From assembly GCA_043228905.1 (NCBI GenBank), contig JBHGNT010000001.1:8804001-8868000 (forward strand): DNA of 64,000 nucleotides, given 5' to 3'. Of the stretch, positions 1-9,694 are shown piece by piece. Every line of letters begins with the position of its first letter. The stretch's first letter is position 1. The DNA comes from Azolla caroliniana (lineage: Eukaryota > Plantae > Polypodiophyta). Made by a program: the position numbers and the translations under genes. The notes below the pieces were generated by a model. The model was not told where the DNA came from, searched no databases, and was given only the letters and a program-made list of their open reading frames with translations.

Positions 1-495
1 AGGGCATTGGGTGCATGATGATGGTGCCGTCCGCCTGGGATAAGATGGTTGTTGAGAGACAAGCTCAACATCGGCCAGATCGGTTGAGAAGGTCGAGGAC
101 CGGATCGGTTGGGACCGATCGGTTAGGCCAGACCGGTGCATAAAACGGATGCGTAAACCAGTACGCAAACCGGTGCGTAGGAAGGCCGTATCGGTCCGTA
201 AACCGAAAGGCCGTTAGAAAGATATTCCTCGTAAGAAATAGTTTTGGGAGTAAGAGTCGAGGCTCATTTATGAGCAGTCAAGTACTATCAATACTTGTGT
301 CAGCCTGATTGTCCGGGCTTGTATAAAAGTGCTCACTGAGCACATCCTATGTACAGATTTGAGTATTATTTTTTGAATTAAGTTCTTGTGTTTACTCTCT
401 CTCTCTGTCTCTCCCGTGCGTACTATGCAAACCTAAGCTTTCCATTAAACCTGCGTCTTCTGTTGTTCGGTTTCCTATATTGCTTCCGCACGACA
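1..495 (+). mobile_element. LTR-like fragment (3' part; 5' end outside the window)
   Basis: TATAAAA near 322, CT-rich tract at about 396-415, ends ...CCGCACGACA at 495 next to gypsy RNase H sequence. No TSD can be tested. Confidence 0.45.
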
Positions 496-1131
496 TTCTT
501 TTCAATGGCGCCAATTGCGAAGTCAGTGGCATCGGTTTCGACTTGGAAGGGTCTTGCGGGGTCAACATGTAGAAGCAGGGGGCTAGTGATGAATGTGTGT
601 TTGAGTGAGCCGAACACATTTTGTGCCGTCTAGGTCCATAAAAAGGGACTACCTTTGTGGGTGAGGGCGATAAGAGGTTGGGCTAGGGTGGAAAACCCCT
701 TGATGAAGCGACGGTAACAATTTGCGGAGCCGAGGAAGGATTGCACATCTTTAAGTTACCCACTCCTGAATGACTGAGACCTTCTTCATATCCATCGTGA
801 TGCCAGTGGGCGAGGTGATGTAGCCCAAGAATTCAATCTAGGTACGGTCGAACTCATATTTCTCACTTTTGGCATAAAGGTCGTGCTCCCGAAGTTTACC
901 AAGAACTAATCGGGCATGGCGGGTGTGCTCCGCCATGTTTAGCAAAAAACTGAGAATATCATCAAGGTAGATGACCATGAAATGATCAAGATATTCCCGG
1001 AATATATCGTTCATCATATGCACTGAAAAACAGTTGGGGCGTTAGTAAGGCCAAAAGGCATTACCTTGTATTCGAAATGCCCATACCTTGATCGGAATGC
1101 AGTTTTCCATTCATCATCGGGCTTGATGCGT

Positions 1132-2367
1132 TGTCGCGGCAATCCGCACTTGTGGGTGACCACACTCTGTGAGCTACTTAGAGCTCCTCTATATGTTGGA
1201 CGGTCGAGCCTTCGACGAAACTCGTGGGACTCGGTCCCCGTTGTAACGGTCGACTTCTTCGACCTCGCCCATCTTGATGTGCCGCCTCTTGACTCTCCTT
1301 CTCGAAGTCTTCAGCCTCGAACTCCATCCTCCCTTGCCGCCCTTCACATCGAGTTCACCAAAGATGGCGCAGAAATCCGCGCTTGCATGTCGGATCCAGG
1401 TGGGACCATCACGGTCATGGACCAGGAGAGGAGGAGCTTCCGGAAACCGGAAACCTTTGGAGCTTGCCGCGTTGCCGGCCGGTTCCGGATGCTTTCCGAA
1501 AGCAGCCCGTAAATGCATGGAGAGAGAGATCGCGCGCACTTGTCTGCTCGGCCCTTCTGCCCGTATGTATAAGGGCCTCAAAAGAAGCACGAGCCATGGC
1601 CCGGTTCACCACGCCCGCACCCACACATATATACACTGGTTACGACTGACACTCCTAACCAGTTAACTACACACGCACACGCACTCAAGGCCCCTAACAC
1701 CTACGCTGCCTCCTAGGGACACACACGCATGCATACACGCTGACTCCACACAGAACCTAACGACGACCTCTCATCGCCAAGCTGCCAATCGGGAGCACAC
1801 GGGCTCACCACGCGGATGGGGCCTTGCACGATAGAGAGGGGAACCTAACGCTGACCCTTCAAGCACACGGGCTCGTCTTGAACAGCCACACTGCAGAGAC
1901 AGCTGAGGCACTCAGACAAAGATGTGGTGAGGAGAAGCAAAACATAGACAGAGAAAGACAGAAGACAGACCGCGCTCTGCCGTAGACGGACCCACACACA
2001 CACAGCAACGAAACCCTAACAGAAACAGAAATACCTTCTCGAAGATCAAAATAGAAACAACTTGTATTCACTAGGAAACAAATATGGAACCTCAAACGAG
2101 GAACAGACTATTTGGGACCCAATTGGTGGGAACCCTTGTACAAGAAGCGTGCCCTCCCTTTTATAGAACAAGGTGAGGGTCGCGTGACTATGTGGGATAA
2201 ATCCCGTGATACATGGGATCCTCCGTCCCAACTTAATTGTCGTTCGGCGCCATAAAAGGCCCCCATATTCCCTATACAAGTTTTACAAGAGTGGGTGCAC
2301 ATGGTGCGCCTTGCCGATTCCTCCTATATCTTCTGGTTTCTCACCGTAGCCCAGAATCTTCACGACA
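1132..2367 (-). mobile_element. Solo LTR with 4-bp TSD (GCGT on +, ACGC in element orientation)
   Basis: Element-oriented termini TGTCGTGAAGATTCTGGG...GCCGCGACA. GCGT at 1128-1131 and 2368-2371. Removing the element plus one TSD copy restores the RT frame (LVRIKP). TATAAAAGGGAGGG on minus at 2152-2165. Confidence 0.9.
1194..1627 (+). mobile_element. Possible GC-rich insert nested in the solo LTR
   Basis: TGTTGGA at 1194 to ...CACACA at 1627, flanked by TATA on both sides. Composition differs from the flanks. The termini are imperfect and the TA context makes the TSD ambiguous. Confidence 0.3.
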
Positions 2368-2975
2368 GCGTACCAGATGGTACACGCCATGTAGATCAAC
2401 GTTGGAGAAGACACATGCATCTTGTCTCCTTTTTCATCTCTATCTTCATGTTCTCATGTCGCTCACAACTTCTAGAGTTCCTAGCCTCGTCATTTCTAGC
2501 TCCAAGTTCGTAGCCCGTCGCTCGTAGCCCCATCATCCGTGCTTGGTGTGTCTGTGATAGTTTGAATCCCTTCCAACTAGAAATATCACTCGTCTTCATC
2601 ATCGCCCTTGCTTCTAGTGTTACCATCGTCACAATCCTTGCTTCCAGAGTTGTCTTCGTCAACATCCTTGGTTTTAGAGACGCTTCCTCCTCATCATCAT
2701 CTTCGTTGCCTTGTCTTCGACATCATCATTTTCAGCACCTCTTGTTGTCTTCATCAAACGTTACTTCGCCCAACCTTCATCGTCATCAACACTACTTTGC
2801 ATGGTCTTTCATTATCATCATTGTTCCGCCCTCGTCATTGTCATTGTCAGCATCTATAGGTATAATTTTGCATCACGATTTTGGCAAAGATTGATTCTGA
2901 TTGCTCACCTTCACAATTCCGGTGGGGGTTACAACCTGTGATCACCTTGAATGTAATCTAGGTGAACACACATAT

Positions 2976-3560
2976 TGTTAGGAATGTGTCCCTCCTATGG
3001 GTGCAGCCGACTGGTCCTGTCGAGGGCTGACAATCAAAGACATAGAGAGTCAACAGTGGGAGAGTCCAAGTCAAAGACACGACCGACTAGTCGGGCCAAC
3101 CGGATGATCAAAAATAAGGCCGACTAGTCGGGCCGACTAGGCAATCGACAATGGTGTCGACTAGTTGAACCCCATTGGTTGATTAACTATTATCGCTATA
3201 ATAGTAATGACAGTAGCAGTGGCTACATTTGTAAATAGCCCATATAGTGTATAAGTATAAATACACTTAGGGCAAAGAGAGAAATGTGTAGAATAGAATA
3301 GTTGTTAGCCTCTGTAGTTTGAGGGCGACAGAGAAGAGAGTGTGTAGGAGCGAGGTGGAACAACGCCATAGCTGAGTGAGCTTAGACGACAAGAGCCCTG
3401 TGAGGTTGTTACACTCTAGTGAGAGAGAGTTTTGTAATCTCATCGTTTTGTATATCCATTGTATCGTGAAGACCTCTTCTCCCGTGGTTTTCCCTGTTTA
3501 GGATTTCCACGTAAAACTGTGTATTTGTTGTGTTTGTTGTGTTTTTGTCTTTTCGCGATA
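2976..3560 (+). mobile_element. Truncated copia-type LTR related to the 31075-36418 element
   Basis: Starts TGTTAGG. Shares GTAAATAGCCC..AAGTATAAAT..CTTAGGGCAAA (3231-3276) and CCCGTGGTTTTCCC..TAGG.TTTCCACGT (about 3481-3512) with that element's LTR. Confidence 0.65.
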
Positions 3561-3561
3561 T

Positions 3562-3858
3562 TGTCAAGTAGACACTCAGTCTTTCTCACGACTCCAAGAG
3601 AACGAAACTCATCAAATATTTATACAAGTTCTGAGATTGAATATCTCTAGAATATACCTAAGAAATATCTCTAGAATATACCCGTCTAGAATATACCATA
3701 TCATATTTCTAGTATATACTAACGACTAGAATATTATGAATGTTCTATATGCTAGACTATTCAATGTTAAACCATATACAATTTACATGTAACTTAAGGG
3801 TTAGTAAATGGTTTATCTAATACAAAGCATTGGGTGTGTTATAAGTCTAGATATGACA
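3562..3858 (-). mobile_element. Short AT-rich LTR-like fragment
   Basis: TGTCA...TGACA ends, TATAAATA on minus near 3616, repeated TCTAGAATATACC units at 3641-3700. No TSD found. Confidence 0.4.
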
Positions 3859-6800
3859 TTCTCCGGGTGAACTCTCGAAACGACACAAGCGCGCTCGACA
3901 CAACCATTGAGTTGATAGATGGCGTGATAGGCCAGTTCAATGGCAAAGACACAATGAGTTATCTGGAGGCCTATCGGGTTGAAATGATGATAAGGGATAT
4001 TCCGGAGGATACGACAATTAGCCATATTCCCTCAGGTCGTTACGTTGAGCATCCACACTGAGGTGCTCGAGGTGCAAGCAAACTGTCGTAATTGGGAACA
4101 TTTCGAGGGGAAGCTCCTCAAAAGGTATGGCTTCCATGACTCACTCCAGTTGTCAAAGAAAGAATTTATGGATTGGGTCGAGAGCCCTGACAAAGGTCGG
4201 CATACGTCGACGCTTCTTCAAGAGTTAGAGAAGCGATTCGCACGACTCTTGACACTAGACTGGACCGTGCTCAATACGAGCAAGGTCTTATTGTTTGTGA
4301 AGTCGGTTGACTTGTGGTCGCGAGAAGGTGGGTCTCCTCTTGGAGATGGATGAAGGGCTCACGGCTAACTGGGCCATGGTTAAAAGAGTGTGCAACCGTT
4401 TCGATAAACGACACGATTAGAACAACGTTGGAACGTCATCGACCGGCCCGTATGCCGGGAAGAAGCCGGATGAACCAATTCCTACATGATCGGAAGAAAC
4501 AAGGTGGTGACTCCACTCGGGCTCAACTCTGGCCAACGTGGTCGTTGGACCGGTTGGGGGCGTAGCCCTAGAGGAGTTGTCGAAGACGGTGCATGATCTT
4601 CAGATCGGTCAGGCTCGGAGGGAAGGCGGCGGTCAATTGTGCAATCGGAGCCCTCCGATTGACTAGAGGTGCATGTGGTGCGATGTCGTCGGCCACATCT
4701 GGAGAGAGTGCACCGATTTTGCCAAATCACTCAAAAACAATGTTGTGTACCTCTGGAACGGACAGGTGCACGCATGCGACACGCAAAGGCCCCTTGAGGT
4801 GAACACCAGACGAGGCGGAATGAAGAGGATAATGGAGGAATCCGTAGTCCAGAATGTCGAGGCCATTCACTACTCGGTGTCGACAAATCCGGGGAGATGA
4901 AGAGAAGGGTGTCGGATCCGAAAGCAATACCGGACCCTGACTACTTGTGCTAGAGGGCCTATCCAGCGTGAGGCCAAGGAAGAGGAGGGTCCAAGAGGGC
5001 ACCGGATGGAATGATCCAATAGAAGAGAAAATCAGCTTTGTGGAAGCCGCATGCTAGAACTACGAGGTTCTGGTAGATGATAAGTGGGCCGGAAAGGCCG
5101 GAGGGGTCGGTCCCTCGAACCGGTATGAGACTCGGAGTGGGCCGAAGAAGGATGATTGAAGCCCAACCGGCTCACAGGAGAAGATAAAGTTGTTGAGCTT
5201 TCGGTTGCTCGGAGATAGAGAGAGCGACGAACCTATTGAAGGTCTTGGAGGAACGAATCCTCAACAGCCGGGTGGAACTTGCCCTAAGGGAGATGCAGCC
5301 GGGTGGAGAACTCACCCTGAGGGAGGTGCTCGGGATAGCAAAAAAGGAGTTCCACGATTCTATCGTCGACCTAGTGAAGAGAAAGTGGCCCACATTGAAG
5401 AGGTGACGAGGGTGAAGAGTTTCCGAACAATCACTTCCTGAAGCTGCACTAGCCAAAGAGCGACAACAGAGACTCTAATCCGGATCGGGGATGTGAAGGA
5501 GCCAATAGTAGCAATGATCGACCGTTGATCGACCATGGATCAGAAATCAACCTGATGTCGATGGACTTCTATAAGAAGGGTTAGTGGCCGATCAACACCA
5601 AGCACAGGTGGGAGATTCGTGCGGCGACCGGAGCCACGGAGGAGCTACACAAAGTATGCCTGAATGTCCGAGTGAAGGTCGGGGATGTTGAGATTGACTA
5701 GCACTTCTTCATGCAAGAGAAATCCTCCCATCCGGTGATTCTCAGAGAACCTTAGATTACAACGTTGCGGATGGAGACAAAGGTGTTGGACAACAGTTCA
5801 ACCTACGCGAGGGTGAAGAGTCAAGACAGTCGACACTTCGTCCAGTTCTTGACGGTCTGGCCGAACCACGAGTGGAATCAAGATTCTCTCGGTGGCGAAG
5901 GCCGAGAGGATTTTTAGAGAGGGCTATCAAGGCGTGGAGCCATGATAGCCCGGAGATCCAGAAGAAACCCCACACTTGTACCATAGAAAGGAAATTTTGG
6001 TTCTCCGAAAGCAGAGGTTGTACGATAACCGGCATCAGTGGCGGGGAGAAAAGACAAGTTGAAAGGTGATTGAAGGTGTGCGGAGCCTTGGACCCCAAAG
6101 ACTCGATAAGCGCGCCATGGAGGCAGTCTCATTCGATGACACCTGCAGGGAGATGGAGATGGTGATCAAAGAAGGCCTAAGCAAAGATAGGATGATTCCG
6201 GTCAATCCGGTTGAGATGTACGAATTCATCGCAGACTTCGGAAAGATGATCGGGGTGGGACGGACCGCCCAGGTGGACACAAAGTATAAGACTGTGGACC
6301 AGAACGGAAGACAGTTGGGAGCGGATAAAAGGGGTTGCGACCGACCCAAGCCTACGAGATCCAGCTGGCATAGGGCACCGGTTCACCAAAGAGACATTGC
6401 GGAAGCTCAAAATCGGTGGGGTGGCTTCCTACTGCCGGCAGAGGAGGACCGGTTTCGCAAAATGCTCGAGAGGCACGGGAAAGCCTTTGCATTCTCGCCG
6501 GGGGAGGTTGGGTGTGTCACTCGATGATTGTAGAACTAATAGTGATCTTCACAGTACCGCATGTACCAGGAGTCTCAAACCGATTTCGGTACTTAGAGCT
6601 CACATCCCGAAGTTGATGGAGCTTCTCAAGGAGAAAGTGGAGATGGAAATTCTCAAACCGTTGAGTGTCGCTTATTCGAATCGATGGTTTACGGTGCCAA
6701 AGAAGAACGGCACATTGTGCTTTGTTCAAGACCTGCAGCCGGTCAACAAGGTGACCATTCGAAATGCAAGAGTCGGTCCCACAATAGATGAGTTCGCGGA

Positions 6801-7339
6801 GGCCTTCGCCGGAAGGTCCATCTACTCAGTCGGAGACTTGTATTCTGGGTACGACCAGTTCCAACTAGTCGTGAAGAGTAGGGATATCACAACGATGTGA
6901 ACCCCTCTTGGCCTAGTTCGAATGTGTGTACCTTGCCTCAGTGTGGAACAAATTTAGTGGCGCGCATGGTGAATGAGATGAAGAAGGTGCTGAGGGACTA
7001 CATCCCGGAAATCACCATGTTGTTCCTGGACGACATTCCAATCAAGGGATGTCTGGAGGAAGCAAAGGACGAGTCGATAGGAGCAGATGGATGCCAGAAG
7101 TTTGTCGTGGACCACTTCTCCGATTACGAGAAGATATTGCAGAAGCTTGAGGGCGCTCAACTTACCTTCTCCGGGGAGAAGTCGACTTTTGAACAATCGG
7201 AGGTCCTGGTGGTCGGTCACCTATACGGACCGTATGGCCGGAAACCGTCTACGGCAAAGGTAGAAACCATCTCGGCAATGAGAGAAGAGTGCAGGTTGTT
7301 CACGGAAGTCTGACAATTCTTGGAAGCGTGCACCTTGTA

Positions 7340-7423
7340 CCACATATGGATCCCACATTACGCTGTTGTGAAGATTTTCGGCCACATATGGATCCCACAT
7401 TACGCTGTTGTGAAGATTTTCGG
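7340..7423. repeat. Exact 42-bp tandem duplication spanning an insertion junction
   Basis: CCACATATGGATCCCACATTACGCTGTTGTGAAGATTTTCGG at 7340-7381 and 7382-7423. Confidence 0.95.
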
Positions 7424-8515
7424 CAATGGTGTGAAAATCGCGTGGAATGTGCACATGAATGAATGGGGCGATGGTTACACTCGTACGTTAGCATGTTGTA
7501 AATATAAATGAAATGAGAACCTCTAAGGCCTAGTAGCATTTTCGTGCATACCAAGGGGTGGAAGTAAGGTTTGAACGTTGCACCTCCAAGTTAAGACACA
7601 ATTGACTTACCATTAGGGTAAGTTGTTACTTGTTATACTTTCATCATTGTGTTTTTCACATGTAAATGCTCATACATTAGAGCTTGAATGACGGACATGG
7701 TCATCATGCATCACATGCGATGCATGGGCACCAAATGGCAATCATGCATTGCATGCATCTCATGCATTGTATGCATCTCATGCATTGTATGCATGTCTTA
7801 CACCCTCACATGCACCATATGCATGGGGAAATCTATATAAGAAAGAAAGAAAGGGAAAAGAAAGGTGATCAATCTATGCATCAATCAAGCTATGTATTGA
7901 ATCAACATCTTAATATTAAAAAAACCTACTTATCTTATTGGTGACTCGTCTTTTTTCTCAACATTGATGTCAAGGGTTCAAACCCGGAATTGGAATTTCC
8001 ATCCATCTATCTATCTATCTTAAACACTTCAGCTACTACAATTTCATTTCGTGTGGTCATTCACTCTATCTCTGGAATTCTCATCAAGAAGGAAATAGTA
8101 CTTGCAAAAATCATTTCGTCGTCGTCGTCGCCCGCTAAATGTTGCACACCACCACATTACCGCCGCCTACACATCAATCCACCGCACCGCTGATTCTAGT
8201 TCAGGTGCGTCTTCAACAACAAAGAACAACACAACAATAAACCTAAAATGGTTAATTCATATCCTCCATAACCACTAGCAGATAGAGGTCCGGTGCTTGT
8301 CAGCGCCTGTTTGACACGCACATCGCAACGTTTGGCATGTGTCGTTGATTCTAGTTCGGGTGCGTCTTCGACAACAAAGAATAACACGACAATAAACCTA
8401 AAACGGCTAATTCATCTCCTCCATAACCACTAGCAAATAGAGGCCCGGTGCTTGTCAGCGCCTGTTTGACAAGCACATCGCAACGTTTGGCATGTGTGTC
8501 ACGCGCCACGCGACA
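7406..8515 (+). mobile_element. Solo LTR with 4-bp TSD ACGC
   Basis: TGTTGTGAAGATTTTCGG...CACGCGACA. ACGC at 7402-7405 and 8516-8519. Removal restores host HIWIPHYAHIVEPLYGLL. TATATAA near 7834. Confidence 0.88.
8191..8497. repeat. About 155-bp tandem duplication inside the solo LTR
   Basis: TGATTCTAGTTC...CAACGTTTGGCATGTGT starts at 8191 and again at 8346, with scattered substitutions. An 18-bp x3 ATGCATTGYATGCATCTC repeat lies at about 7743-7797. Confidence 0.9.
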
Positions 8516-9510
8516 ACGCGCATATTGTTGAGCCGCTCTATGGCTTGCTGAAGAAATGTTGGAAGTTCGAATGGACAGGGGAACTAACGGAAGCAATCCG
8601 GAGACTGAAGGAGATGCTAACATCGGCACCAGCTCTCCGAAAAGCGATGTACGAGAAGGACACTCCGGTCTTCGTAACGGTAGACACAAGTCCAACTGCA
8701 ATCGGGTGGGTCATCAATCAAGAGGATGAGACTAACACAAGAGTCCCCATCCGGTTTGGTGCAAAGGTGCTTAGTGAGCGGTACCAAGGATACGCCCAAG
8801 TTAAACGCGAACTTTAGGGTATTGTTTCGGCAGTTACAGCCGATAAAGACTACTTAATCGGGACGGAAGCAGTAATCGAGACAGACTACCTACCGATTCT
8901 CGATATGGTTTCCGGATGCACAACTATGAATTTGGCTATGCTCAGATGGATCCCGTACATCAAGTCCCTGAACCCAGAGATACAACACATCTCTGGGAAG
9001 GACAACACCATGGCCGATATGCTTTTAAGAGCACGGTTCAACAACGAGGATGGCATGGTGTCAAAAGACGAAGAAGTTGGCGAGAACTTCTTCGAGTCAG
9101 CTCGAATGTCGGCGAACAAGCGGAGCACTCTGACCCTGAACGAGTTCGACGAGAACGACTATGACGGGGAGTGGCTCCAGATCGGTAAGTCCGTAAGCAC
9201 GATGGCACCTAACGCAACATGGATGAAGGAAGAGACGAACTGAATCCAGAAAAAGGGCTACAGATTCTTCCTGAAGGACGGCAAAATCGGGCGACTTCCG
9301 AAGAGGTGGAACGACACTCCGCTCCGGGTGGTGACAAAGGAGCCTGGAGGAACCATCGATGCTCGCGTCGGAGTTCCACGAGAGTACTTTGTCCGGACAC
9401 CGGGGAATGTGGGCCACATTCGAGAAGCTTAAGGAGAAGTATTGGTGGCCGAGAATGAATCGTAACGTCCACCACTTCGTGACGACATGCGAGAGTTGTA
9501 AGATACATTT

Positions 9511-9660
9511 TGGACGTACTCACACTATCCCTTCGGGCCATTTGTGTAATTAGCATAAATGGTAGTTGCCCTAAGTCGGTCACTATATATAGTGACCTTG
9601 TAACCTTCTTGTAAGGTTGGGTGTTGTATTATTGTTTCTATTGAATAGAAAGTCTTTTGT

Positions 9661-9694
<34 letters not shown>

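Larger units (their letters stand above)
503..2415 (-). pseudogene. Decayed Ty3/gypsy (chromovirus-like) RT-RNase H fragment, split by a solo LTR
   Basis: Minus strand reads VFSNVDLHGVYHLVR (about 2412-2368), then after the insertion [38 protein letters not shown] (ORF 838-1023) and RNase H FQVETDATDFAIGA (ORF 423-617). Frameshifts and stops present. Confidence 0.9.

Noticed and set aside
506-512. TGGCGCC after the LTR end at 495 as a tRNA primer-binding site
   Set aside because: It is 10 nt from the LTR end and is explained by the antisense RNase H codons (AIGAI).
7684-7944. His/Met-rich 86-aa ORF resembling a metal-binding peptide
   Set aside because: It derives from ATGCAT-type short repeats inside a solo LTR.
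7340-8500. Direct repeats as a possible CRISPR-like array
   Set aside because: Only two-copy tandem duplications with no unique spacers, in a eukaryotic transposon context.
1128-8519. ACGC flanks as a tyrosine-recombinase (DIRS-like) crossover core
   Set aside because: The elements have TG...CA inverted ends, the third relative has a different 4-mer, and no recombinase remnant was seen; a DDE-integrase TSD is simpler.
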